From NCBI GenBank assembly GCA_963662465.1, contig OY759599.1:1856001-1920000 (forward strand): a stretch of 64,000 bases of DNA, written 5' to 3'. Positions 20,701 to 28,383 of the stretch are shown here, one piece after another. Made by a program: the position numbers and the translations under genes. The stretch's first letter is position 1. Each line of letters starts with the position of its first letter. The notes below the pieces were generated by a model that saw only the letters and a list, made by a program, of their open reading frames with translations, was not told where the DNA came from and did not search any database. The DNA is from Desulfatiglandales bacterium (GTDB taxonomy: Bacteria > Desulfobacterota > DSM-4660 > Desulfatiglandales > Desulfatiglandaceae).

Positions 20701-22408
20701 CGTTAATGCCGACGCGATGGATCCCCAGCACCTGTTGAAAGATTTCGGCCAGCGCTTTTTCAATTTGGGATTTCGGCGGTACATAGGGCGTATGGTTCAG
20801 CGTCATCAGATCATTGGGATCAGGCGCCGGCAAAATGTCCCGATCCGTCTTGCCGTTGGGCGTGGTGGGCATTTGATCCAACCGGACAAAAACCGACGGC
20901 GCCATGTATTCCGGCAGAAATTTTTTCGAAAAATCCCTGAGTTCCCCGAACGATGCAATATTGTTTTCCATAAAGACCACATACGCAACCAGTCGTTTGA
21001 AACCCGGATCATCTTCGCGCAACAGAACCGTTGCCTCCCGAACGGCTGGGTGGGAACGAAGCAGGGTCTCAATTTCACCCAGCTCAATGCGGTAGCCGTG
21101 AAATTTAACCTGAAAATCCCGTCGACCCATAAACATAAGATTCCCGTCCGGAAGCAACCGGGCCATGTCCCCTGTTTTGTAAACCCGCGCGCCGGAATCC
21201 TTTGAGAAAGGGTCAGGCCGAAACCGCTCGGCGGTCAATTGGGGCCGATTGAGATATCCGAGCGCCACACCGGTTCCGCCAATCCATATTTCGCCCGGAT
21301 CACCCTCGGAAACCGGTTGCCCATTGCTATCCACAAGGTAAACCCACATGTGACGCACCGGCTTTCCGATGGGGACATTTTCGTGCGGTTCATTTTCGGG
21401 ACCCACACCATAGAGGGTGGCGCAAACCGTGGTTTCCGTGGGCCCGTAGCCGTTTATGATTTGCAGGTCCCGGACGTTTTCGCTGATGCTGTCAAGCAGG
21501 ATTTCCTGAATCGGTTCCACCCCCACCAGCAAACGCCTGAGGGTACATTTATCAGGATTTTTCTTGATCCAGACATCCAAATCCGTCAGCATCATGGGGG
21601 GCAGGTAGGCACTGGTCACCCGCAGTCCATATAACCATTCCATAAGAGCCGGCGCATCGGTTCGAACCGGTTCGGGCGTCATGACCAAGGCGGCGCCCGC
21701 CGTCAGGGTTGAAAAAATTTCATAAACCGACACATCGAAATTGAGACTGGTCCACCAACTGCCTAGGTCCCCTTCTCCGATGGGTTTTCGATCTTGAAAA
21801 TCCATCAGCAGATTCATAACCCCTTTGTGATGGCAACAAACGCCCTTGGGTTGTCCGGTTGACCCGGACGTGTAGATTACGTAGGCAGGTTCGTCGGAGG
21901 CAACGGAAATATGGGGCATACTTGTGGGTTCCTGACCGATTTCCGCCACCCGGGTATCCAGAAACAGGCATTCAGTTTTTAACTCTTTGAAGTTGTCTGA
22001 AAAATCGGAATGGCTGAGAACCAGGGGCATCTTGCTGTCTTCCGCCAGGTAAGCAATGCGCTCGGCGGGATAGGTCGCATCCAGGGGAAGATAAGCGCCT
22101 CCCGACTTGAGAACGCCCAGGATGGCAACGATCAAGTCAGGCGTGCGCCCCATGCCGATGCCCACCGGACCCTGGGATTTAACAATACCCATATGCCGAA
22201 GATAATGTGCCAGTTGATTGGATCGGTGGTGAAGTTCTTGGTAAGTTAAGACGTCATTTTCAGATATGACGGCAATTTCATTGGAGAACTGACGTGCGCA
22301 TTTGGAGAAACATTCGTGAATAAGGTATTTTTCAGCGTCGGTTTCTTCATTTCCCATAGTTTGCTCCAGAGGATTGGGGCGGCCATCATTTCGAGGATCA
22401 CCTTTCAT
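14750..22408 (-). CDS. Nonribosomal peptide synthetase A-T-C-formyltransferase-(degenerate C-like)-A-T-TE
   Basis: Two YTSGSTG/YGPTE A domains, two LGGHSL carriers, HHILIDG C domain, NYHDSPLPRYAG/GITWH/DTGDI formyltransferase, GISFGG TE; the true start may be 22357 (GGAG RBS). Confidence 0.95.
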   Translation of the reverse strand: MKGDPRNDGRPNPLEQTMGNEETDAEKYLIHECFSKCARQFSNEIAVISENDVLTYQELHHRSNQLAHYLRHMGIVKSQGPVGIGMGRTPDLIVAILGVLKSGGAYLPLDATYPAERIAYLAEDSKMPLVLSHSDFSDNFKELKTECLFLDTRVAEIGQEPTSMPHISVASDEPAYVIYTSGSTGQPKGVCCHHKGVMNLLMDFQDRKPIGEGDLGSWWTSLNFDVSVYEIFSTLTAGAALVMTPEPVRTDAPALMEWLYGLRVTSAYLPPMMLTDLDVWIKKNPDKCTLRRLLVGVEPIQEILLDSISENVRDLQIINGYGPTETTVCATLYGVGPENEPHENVPIGKPVRHMWVYLVDSNGQPVSEGDPGEIWIGGTGVALGYLNRPQLTAERFRPDPFSKDSGARVYKTGDMARLLPDGNLMFMGRRDFQVKFHGYRIELGEIETLLRSHPAVREATVLLREDDPGFKRLVAYVVFMENNIASFGELRDFSKKFLPEYMAPSVFVRLDQMPTTPNGKTDRDILPAPDPNDLMTLNHTPYVPPKSQIEKALAEIFQQVLGIHRVGINDNFFDLGGHSLLATRVCSTISKNMNVEISLKTFFDGPTVAELAESLMAGHRATDSGFGDPISHFQGSRRKFPVSYAQKGIWLLHQMDEQGILFNIPLNIHMKGPLNPSKLHDAFHFMIKKHEILRTSFSMTDTQLLQNVHGNSSFRIPLVDGSAMSISQREKKLAGILREVGAYPFDLSKPPLMKAVLVCINPFDHQLVFTIHHILIDGWGASLFFSELYDAYHALVRGGVLSESTPPIQYGDVVLWQRKQLERPEIRNQTAYWKNKLKGPRAELNLPMAHSRSRFQTFAGARHHLDFSEKTTAALKALARNENATLFMVMLSAFKALLFTYTRETDVIVGSTIANRNHPQLEKIIGVFINSLVMRTDLSGDPGFKTLLKRVRQTAIEAYDHQNMSFEKLLEALALERDTSRNPIFQILFILQNTPPAAITSSNTTWTYEEVGNGTAKVDILLNLEERGNRLEGWFEYNRDLFDANVIKGMAEDLKWVTAGILENPNLPLSHIRTRFFNKTDGVKPRIPHEGFSCFIIGEGSLPLQCGEILLKKGCTICGMISPDEENHQWAFKRDIPVFKPDKNMAVHMEGCSFDYLFSIVNSHVLAPSVLNLPRRYAVNYHDSPLPRYAGIHATAWAIMNGEKNHGITWHVAAEGVDTGDILQQEMFQIDSNETSLTLNAKCYEAAVRCFDVLVENFLENKTAFYPQDLARRTYYALYQRPPAGGVISWRGNASDIDALVRALDFGNYDNPLGYAKIALNHDFVIVSKTALLDDNSGKEAGTIVAANERSLVLATGLGDLAVQSLKTIDGAPLTLSQWIADSGLSVGKRLPNLDPAIAVSLSTLNAEISPYEAYWVGKMTDLRPLQLGCQCRGEPVCSSFTGQTHRSAPASNIDVGRNDDQDPKFTTITARIVDPAPEKDIGRAPLLVIAAFSAFLARFCQISTFDLGFRYHGLSQNMSGLEGFFAPYVPLRVQVGGDASFKDFRETLQYEIDQTIRRKTFARDLTARYPALDWKTPRRENHPFAAAVEWVENLSGYEPVPGPGLVLVIPKDGKTCCMAYDPRVFNRSHVQGLMDRFVNFLKRLMAPKSQAIKNISLLTDAEYHRQIVAWNDTDRGFPEHLCVHHLFEAKADRTPDAIAVMHGEKAFSYRELNLRANRLAWKLQKMGVGPEMLVGICMERSVDMITGILGILKAGGAYVPLDPTYPLERIASMLKDSNVPIVLTQAHLKETLCEFNGQIIFLNDERETADDESLENPAHRTTGRNTAYVIYTSGSTGTPKGVMVLHQGVVNHALAVAERFNMASCDRVAQFFSISFDGAVEEIFMTLTQGAALVLLPFDPLPSMNVFMEWLEKDRVTVLDLPSAFWHEWMHWLTDSQKPLPMTLRAVIVGGEKASESAFNTWMKHTGGRIRWFNTYGPTETTVVSTIFEPDLQNTEKPPAVISIGRPIANTRIYVVDQNLQPVPVGMSGEMLIGGLGVARGYLNRGNLTAKKFIRDPFREDGRVYRTGDRVRYLPDGQIDFIGRFDSQVKIRGFRVEPGEVEAALHLCPAVGQAAVAVRADRRGEKCLAAYVVPKKGAASDPSFFKQFLKQKLPSYLVPSDVVLLGSFPRLPNGKVDRRSLPDPHMAPTTMDSAFVAPTTPLQKQLAEIWKSVLGISKVGIQDHFFELGGHSLLAVRLCSEIENQIGKRIPLQTLFQAPTIEKLSQEIESGKTPEDFQSLIEIQAGGEKPPLFFIHVLGAGLHFCRPLIKYLGENQPVYGLSVHLLGGRLPTPNRVEDLAAHYVKEMRLIQPEGPYLLAGISFGGMVAYEMARQLLESGEKTAFLTLLDTVGPGAVKSASAGSRASAHWESLMDEGPAYILNKLKWRMKRLQRSFQLVGFRIRRVYLDLYEKTERPLNAGLRDFRARSYNKDAMERYVPRPYDGSVVLFRSHERILGVGVEVDPELGWGKLAKAGIEVFEAPSGHLGMLREPHVRFVGETIRTCIDQALLK
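18056..18115. repeat. GTAG-type REP doublet lying inside the NRPS reading frame
   Basis: tgcaggggcagacctgtgtgtctgccc-agtaa-aggacgaacacacaggttcgcccctaca, two inverted hairpins. Confidence 0.8.
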
Positions 22409-22684
22409 TGGATCATAACGTGGTGCGGAACGCCGGGGACATCTAGTCGGACTAATCTTGGCATGGAACTTCTATTATCAGCATATTAACATCATGTCAA
22501 ATTAGTTGCTTAGTTGTGGACGTCCCCAACCTGTTCAACACATTTTTTGCACACGATTTGATGTTTTCTTCCTTTCACACTAAAGTTTTTCATCCGTTTG
22601 TCGATATTCCCACCAACAGGATGGGATCACGCACACGCCCGATTCCATAATTCAAATCCATTAATTTTTTTAGGGAGGATTCAC

Positions 22685-23176
22685 ATGAAGTATTTGGCAA
22701 TGGTTCTGGCAGTTTGTTTTTGCATTATTTCCGGTGGTACAATATGGGCTGAAGAGGACAAAGCCTCGGTTGAAGACGTTTATGACTTGGTGCTTAAAGC
22801 CCACAGCGTTGTCAGCAACCTGGGTGAAGAAGGGCTGGTCGCATTCAACGACCCCAAGGGGGAATTTGTATATAAAGACACCTACGTATTTGTTGAAAAA
22901 TGCCCCGAATATGTGGTGGCTCACCCTTTTGCTTTGGATAAACTGAAAGGAAAAGATTTGAGGCCCATTTATCCTCACCAGAATACCCTTTGCGAAGGAG
23001 CCAAGGATCCCAACGGCACCTGGGTGGAATACCAATGGCCCAAACCGGGGGAAACAAAACCTTCCCGGAAAATCGCTTTTATCATTCAGGTGGAGGGCAC
23101 ACCCTATGCCGTGATCGCCTCTATCTATAACGATGATATATCCATTGATGATCTGAACGCAAAAACAAAGAAATAA
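22685..23176 (+). CDS. Secreted stand-alone single Cache-domain protein
   Basis: Signal peptide; FNDPKGEFVYKDTYVF, AHP, WVEYQWPKPG...RK; GGAGG RBS. Confidence 0.85.
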   Translation: MKYLAMVLAVCFCIISGGTIWAEEDKASVEDVYDLVLKAHSVVSNLGEEGLVAFNDPKGEFVYKDTYVFVEKCPEYVVAHPFALDKLKGKDLRPIYPHQNTLCEGAKDPNGTWVEYQWPKPGETKPSRKIAFIIQVEGTPYAVIASIYNDDISIDDLNAKTKK

Positions 23177-23219
23177 CGGGCAGATAGTCGCTCATCGCAA
23201 TTTCATGCCTAAATTGGGG

Positions 23220-23254
23220 CAGGAGAGAAAAATTACGCATTCTCTCCTGTTTTC
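23220..23254 (+). terminator. Rho-independent terminator
   Basis: caggagagaa ... ttctctcctg followed by ttttt. Confidence 0.65.
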
Positions 23255-23257
23255 AGT

Positions 23258-23410
23258 CTTTGGGTTACTCGGTTGACCCGTACGTGTAGATTACGTAGGC
23301 CGGTTCGTCAGGGGCAGTGGAAAGCCCCCAGAGTCATAGAGGCGGAAGCCACCCCCACACCCGTAACTCCCAGGATCGCCACACGCCCTCCCATGGCGCC
23401 CACAAACCAC
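23258..23410 (-). pseudogene. Decayed fragment of an NRPS adenylation domain
   Basis: 23258-23323 aligns with 21843-21908 and reads PDEPAYVIYTYGSTE*PK; VAILGV is encoded nearby. Confidence 0.75.
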
Positions 23411-23500
23411 GGGACCCCGACCACACGACCTTTCATCGGGCACGCGTTGTTTCACGCAATTGGAGAATCTTGCAAAAAAGAGAAAGCGGTTTTTGTCGTC

Positions 23501-24154
23501 TTAGAAGTAAAATTGAACACCCAGTTGAACCGCATGGGTTTGGATGGCATCTCCGCGCAGGGGGATCCCCCCTGTCTCATAATCCTGTTCGCCCAGTCCC
23601 ATGAAACGGTAGCCCAGAGAAAACCGCCATGCGTCCGTCAAGGCGTAAGAAACACCGGTCATGACTTTATAGATGAAAAGCGTGTTATGACCATGGGTGG
23701 GAGGAAAACCGGCCAGCGTAATGTCGTTAGCCGTAAAACGGGCGCCGCCCAAACCTGCCCCCACATAGGGTCTGAATTTCGTTCCGGTGGGAATATCGTA
23801 ATAAAAATTGGCCGTACCCCCCCACATATCATAGTAACCCGAAACATCACCGCCGCCACCTGAAAAGCGTACATAATCCGCATTGCTGCGCCCGTACAGA
23901 ACTTCTCCCTCGATCCGAAAGTCACCATATCGGTAGCCCAGGCCGCCGGAAATGTCCCAGCCCGTTTCAGCTCTGGTACTTCCCGATGAAAGTACGGGGG
24001 AACTGGTATCCACGGAAAAAGGGAATACCACGGAAGGACTGAATGAGACATAGAAACCGGGTTTCGACGTTATCTCAGGGCCTTCATCAGCCCATAAAAC
24101 CCCTGCCATGAACAACCCAAAGACGCCCGAAATGACACATGCCAAGATTTTCAA
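23501..24154 (-). CDS. Outer-membrane beta-barrel protein (8-strand, OmpA/Opa-like)
   Basis: Signal peptide; GLGYRY, FRPYVGAGLG; terminal aromatic QFYF. Confidence 0.88.
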   Translation of the reverse strand: MKILACVISGVFGLFMAGVLWADEGPEITSKPGFYVSFSPSVVFPFSVDTSSPVLSSGSTRAETGWDISGGLGYRYGDFRIEGEVLYGRSNADYVRFSGGGGDVSGYYDMWGGTANFYYDIPTGTKFRPYVGAGLGGARFTANDITLAGFPPTHGHNTLFIYKVMTGVSYALTDAWRFSLGYRFMGLGEQDYETGGIPLRGDAIQTHAVQLGVQFYF

Positions 24155-24185
24155 AACTCACACCTCGATTTTTTACAATCGTTTA

Positions 24186-24250
24186 CAGGGTGCAGAGTGC
24201 GGGGTGCAGAAAAATCAGCTTCGATTTTCATCCTGCCCCCTGCCCCCTGT
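24186..24250. repeat. Heptamer-repeat inverted structure
   Basis: (GGGTGCA)-like units followed by (CCTGCCC)-like units. Confidence 0.5.
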
Positions 24251-24487
24251 GAAATCAATTCCAACCTGGATGTCGATAGCACAATTTCCATTTTTCATCA
24301 AGAATCAATGGTCGAAATCGGTTAAACCGCGGATTGATCGAAAAGATGTTTCGCAAACTATAATATAATTGATTAACAGGCTGATTTATAGTAGAAAAAG
24401 GGAATGTCAACCATTTATTCCGGGCTCAAATGCCATCAATGGCATACAAACCGGAAACCCTGAACCGGATTTGAACAGGAGACGGCA

Positions 24488-24805
24488 ATGGTAGAGAAAG
24501 ACCAACAGGAGTGGTACAAAAAATTTTACGAAGGAACGTTTCTGGTTCAAGGCTGGAAATCCCGCATCAAAGAGATCCTTAAGGGCCTGTCAACCGAAGA
24601 CAAAAAGGAAATGGGGGAACTGCTGGAAAACCTCGGGAAAAAAATCGGCATGGAATGGGCCAGGGACAATGACGTCCGAAAAATCAACACATCACAACTT
24701 CAACAGTGGGGAAAGGACCTTCAAAAGGCCGGAAAAACCGGGTCCGCGGCACTGGCCAAACAGATCCGGCAACTGGATGAAGAGGTGGATCGTCGGCTTG
24801 CGTGA
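24488..24805 (+). CDS. Hypothetical protein
   Basis: 105-aa ORF with AGGAG RBS. Confidence 0.7.
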   Translation: MVEKDQQEWYKKFYEGTFLVQGWKSRIKEILKGLSTEDKKEMGELLENLGKKIGMEWARDNDVRKINTSQLQQWGKDLQKAGKTGSAALAKQIRQLDEEVDRRLA

Positions 24806-24827
24806 TCCACGCGTTTTTTCCGATTGT

Positions 24828-24852
24828 GCAACCACGGGGGGTTGCCCCTACA
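24828..24852. repeat. Single REP-like unit
   Basis: gcaaccacggggggttgcccctaca, a hairpin ending in CTAC. Confidence 0.55.
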
Positions 24853-24867
24853 TACGGGGAAAGGCCA

Positions 24868-24895
24868 TTGACAAAATGACGCTGCGCGTTATATT
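24868..24895 (+). promoter_or_regulatory. sigma70 promoter with palindromic operator ATGACGC-N3-GCGTTAT
   Basis: TTGACAAAATGACGCTGCGCGTTATATT, 25/28 identical to 27570-27597. Confidence 0.8.
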
Positions 24896-24934
24896 CGAAG
24901 TATTACACAACCTGATAACTGGAAAACCTTATAC

Positions 24935-26599
24935 ATGATAAACAATGAAACCCTTATGGCGGCATTGATGGGGATCTTAAGACCTTCCAATGCCGGGAAA
25001 CCAACGCTTTCCACCATGCGCCGTCGGACATTGAAACTGCTTAAAGAAGCCAAGGCCTCGGGAATGTTGGAAGATTTGGTCCGCCAGGTAGTATTGACAA
25101 CGGGCATCGAATCGTTTCTGCCCCAGCGCTACGCTAAATATCAACCGGTGGTGCGGGAAGGGATGATTTTTATGATGTCAGCGCTGCCCCTTTCGCGACT
25201 GGCCGATAAAATCGTCGACCAATTGCGCCTTTCCGAAGACGCTCCTTTCGGATGTCGTCTTTTTACATTGATCAAAGACATGCCCACGCTTCAGAAACTG
25301 GGTCAGATTATCTGCCGGAGCCCAGGCCTAGCGCCGGCCATGAAAAATGCCCTCATCGATCTGGAGGACAACATTCAAACCCTGTCCTATTCCCAGATTC
25401 GCCCGGCCCTGTTCAAGGAAATTGAAAAGCGCACGCCCCGCAATCGGATCATCCCTGAAAAACGCATCCTGGCCGAAGCCTCGGTCTGCGCGGTGATCCC
25501 CGCGCAGATCGCTTCAGGCAATCAAAAGAGAACAAGCCGGGCGGTGTTAAAAATCGTCAAACCCAGGGTCAAAAAGGATATGGCCGCGGATCTGGCGCTT
25601 CTGGAACGTCTCATGGAATTTCTGGACCAAAACAAGGGGGACTGGGATTTAGGGGATTTCAATTTCAGCGCAACCCTGGCACAGGTGGGCGTCCTGCTGG
25701 CCAATGAGGTAAATCTGGCAAGCGAACAGAAAAACATCGATTGCGCAGGGTACCATTTCAGGGACAATGCCATGGTGGTGATCCCCGAAAGACTTTCCGT
25801 GTCCACCCCGGGCATGACCGCCATGACACGGGTGGAAGGAAAAAAAATAACGGACGTGGCGCACCTGACGAAAAAACAGCGGCGAAAACTGGCCGGCGCA
25901 CTGGCCGAAACCTGCATCCTGCATCCCATCCAGGACATTCGCGAGGGGGGGCTTTTTCACGGAGACCCCCACGCCGGCAATCTGGCCTATACCTTCGAAA
26001 AAGGACGTCCCCGTCTCATCTTTTACGACTGGGGAATGCTTGGACGCCTGAACAAACTGGAACGGTTCGCCATGATCCTGCTCACCCTGGGACTCATGGC
26101 AAAAAGCGCCAATCTCGTCTTCTACACAGCGGACATTATCACAAAGGGGCAGCTTTCCGCCAATCCCGTCATGCGTAAAACCATCAAGCGCATTATCGAA
26201 GAAGGCATTGACTTGCAAAGCCGGGGGACCAACGGGATACTGGGTTCCATCGAATTTTTATTTGAGAAATTCACCCATGAGGGGGTCGTCTTTTCAGCGA
26301 ATCTGATGATGTATGAAAAGGCCATGGTGACCCTCAAAGGCGTGCTGTCCGACGTGGATTCCACCTTCAACCGGGATGCCTACATGATCCGGGCGGCAGT
26401 CGTATCCCTGATGGATGATGCCATTCGCTTCCGGCTTCTCAAACTTTTCATGAAAGAGGCCTGGTCTCTGTATCGCCACAGCCTGGGCCTTTTCTTTGAT
26501 CTTCAAAAGGTAGTCTACTGGTTCATGATGGACCTGGCCCGAATCTCCCGAAAAATCCCGGATGTGTTTTCCAACACACCGGCGCCGGCGCCGGCTTAA
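24935..26599 (+). CDS. ABC1/AarF/UbiB-family atypical kinase
   Basis: PTLQKLGQ, AEASV, VLKIVKP, FHGDPHAGN, YDWGM. Confidence 0.9.
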   Translation: MINNETLMAALMGILRPSNAGKPTLSTMRRRTLKLLKEAKASGMLEDLVRQVVLTTGIESFLPQRYAKYQPVVREGMIFMMSALPLSRLADKIVDQLRLSEDAPFGCRLFTLIKDMPTLQKLGQIICRSPGLAPAMKNALIDLEDNIQTLSYSQIRPALFKEIEKRTPRNRIIPEKRILAEASVCAVIPAQIASGNQKRTSRAVLKIVKPRVKKDMAADLALLERLMEFLDQNKGDWDLGDFNFSATLAQVGVLLANEVNLASEQKNIDCAGYHFRDNAMVVIPERLSVSTPGMTAMTRVEGKKITDVAHLTKKQRRKLAGALAETCILHPIQDIREGGLFHGDPHAGNLAYTFEKGRPRLIFYDWGMLGRLNKLERFAMILLTLGLMAKSANLVFYTADIITKGQLSANPVMRKTIKRIIEEGIDLQSRGTNGILGSIEFLFEKFTHEGVVFSANLMMYEKAMVTLKGVLSDVDSTFNRDAYMIRAAVVSLMDDAIRFRLLKLFMKEAWSLYRHSLGLFFDLQKVVYWFMMDLARISRKIPDVFSNTPAPAPA

Positions 26600-26607
26600 A
26601 ACGCGCT

Positions 26608-27462
26608 TTACTTCCCTGGGGCATCATCCTCAATATAGGATAACACCCGATTAAAGGTCGGCCCATGATAAAGGGCGCCCATGTGACCCAGGGGAACTGT
26701 TTGTTCCCGAATCCATCCTTCGGGCGGCATCAAGGATTCCGGGGGAAGGACCATATTGTCCACCGGAGAATAGAAGGCAACGCATGGCAGGTTGGTAACG
26801 GGCTTAAAATTTTCCAATTCCCTGATCAAAGGACTCCGGTAGCGCAAACTGTCGGCCAGTAAGCCCAGGCCGAACACCACCATTTTGCTCCCCTTATAAG
26901 GCGATGCAAGGGTAATCACTCGCCGAATTCCGGAAGATGGAGATGCCTCCCGCTTGCCCGCATAGGTTTTAGCCAGAAGCCCACCCATGCTGTGGCCCAC
27001 CATCACAAGATCTTCTCCGGCGCAGTCCCGTTCCACCCGGGCCATCCATGTTTCCAGTTTTTCATAAATATCCCAAAAAGTATTGTTCCAACTGTTGTAA
27101 GTAAACGCATAGATTCGACCGTACCCCTTGCGCCTCAACCGCCATCGGTAAAAGACCCATGCGCCGGCATTGTGATATAGCCCGTGGATCAAAACCACCG
27201 GTGGACCTTTTTTGGGATCTTTGGGATTTGGCCACCATGGTTTTTTGATAAAACCCAGCGGAAAAAGACATACCGCCACAATATTACAGCAGATACTGGA
27301 TAAAAGGCCCCTCAACAGCCACCAAAACGGTTTTTCCTTTGATGCCCGCTCAAGCGTCCTTCCATAGGGAGAATTGGCCGCTTCATACCAGAAAATCAGG
27401 TAAGCAACCGTGGGTATGAGCAAAAAAACAACCATTAGAATAAGCAGAATGATACTTGACAT
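26608..27462 (-). CDS. Membrane-anchored alpha/beta-hydrolase (lipase/esterase-like)
   Basis: PVVLIHG, GHSMGG, DNMV, GH. Confidence 0.88.
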   Translation of the reverse strand: MSSIILLILMVVFLLIPTVAYLIFWYEAANSPYGRTLERASKEKPFWWLLRGLLSSICCNIVAVCLFPLGFIKKPWWPNPKDPKKGPPVVLIHGLYHNAGAWVFYRWRLRRKGYGRIYAFTYNSWNNTFWDIYEKLETWMARVERDCAGEDLVMVGHSMGGLLAKTYAGKREASPSSGIRRVITLASPYKGSKMVVFGLGLLADSLRYRSPLIRELENFKPVTNLPCVAFYSPVDNMVLPPESLMPPEGWIREQTVPLGHMGALYHGPTFNRVLSYIEDDAPGK

Positions 27463-27569
27463 AAAGGACCCCTTATAAAATAAAATTCATTTATTTCAAA
27501 AACTTAAATCCGTTAAAAAAACAAACGACCACAACGCGACAACCTCGCTGAAAAAAAACGACAAAGTTC

Positions 27570-27597
27570 TTGACAAAATGACGCACTGCGTTATATT
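27570..27597 (+). promoter_or_regulatory. sigma70 promoter with palindromic operator ATGACGC-N3-GCGTTAT
   Basis: TTGACAAAATGACGCACTGCGTTATATT in the divergent lipase/phasin intergenic region. Confidence 0.8.
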
Positions 27598-27669
27598 GAA
27601 GTCAACACCACGGCGAGACAAACCGATAATGGACACCCTATGACGATATTCTTCAGGAGGTATTTTAAA

Positions 27670-28278
27670 ATGACCGCAACTAAAGAGATTACCAAAAAAC
27701 AGCCAAAAAAAACAGAAAAAAAGGCGGAATCCCGCTTTCATGCAATCCGATCCCTACACAAAACCAGGGAAAACTGGATCGAAACGGTCAAAGGCTACAA
27801 TGAGAAATATATTACGAAACCTTTTGAAAACAGCAAGGACTTTGTTGTGGACATGAAAAATGATCCAAAAAAGGCCTTTGAGAGCCTTTTCGATAATGGA
27901 AAAGACTTTGTTCAGGATTTAAAGAAAGACCCAAAAAAGGCATGGAAAGACTTGGCGGACGGGAGCAAGAATCTGACCGGGGACGCCAGAAAAAGCTTTC
28001 TTAAAGCGGTGGACAATGTTCGGGACAGCGGCAAGGATTTTTACGCCGGCTTGGGCAAAGACGCGCAAAACATCCTGGATGACTTTGTTGACCGGGGGAA
28101 AAAAATCGCCGATCGGATCCCCGGCAAAAACACCCTGGAAAAAGGGCTGTCCAAGAGCCTTGAATCAATTCCTGATCGTTTGAATTTACCTAGCAAAAAG
28201 GACATGGAAAAACTCTCAAAAACCGTACGAACCCTGAATGCAAAGCTGAACACCCTGAGCAAAAAATGCGCTGCCTGA
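27670..28278 (+). CDS. Phasin-like amphipathic helical (granule-associated) protein
   Basis: Helical repeats and C-terminal RLNLPSKKDMEKLSKTV..L, typical of PhaF/PhaI-like proteins; AGGAGG RBS. Confidence 0.65.
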   Translation: MTATKEITKKQPKKTEKKAESRFHAIRSLHKTRENWIETVKGYNEKYITKPFENSKDFVVDMKNDPKKAFESLFDNGKDFVQDLKKDPKKAWKDLADGSKNLTGDARKSFLKAVDNVRDSGKDFYAGLGKDAQNILDDFVDRGKKIADRIPGKNTLEKGLSKSLESIPDRLNLPSKKDMEKLSKTVRTLNAKLNTLSKKCAA

Positions 28279-28383
28279 TGGTCCTCCGATCTTCAGACAG
28301 ACCCTCAAAAGGCTGCCCTGAAGAAAGGAAGGTCTCTGATTTCAAGAAAACCCCTAAATGCCAAGTGAACCTCGGAGGCAGTC

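Noticed and set aside
22459..22474. sigma54-like TGGCATGGAACTTCTA
   Set aside because: The -12 GC is replaced by CT
23273..23863. 196-aa plus-strand ORF
   Set aside because: Overlaps the beta-barrel gene and the A-domain relic in antisense; no motifs
26608..27462. PHA synthase PhaC
   Set aside because: Too short, and it has a Ser nucleophile (GHSMG) rather than GxCxG
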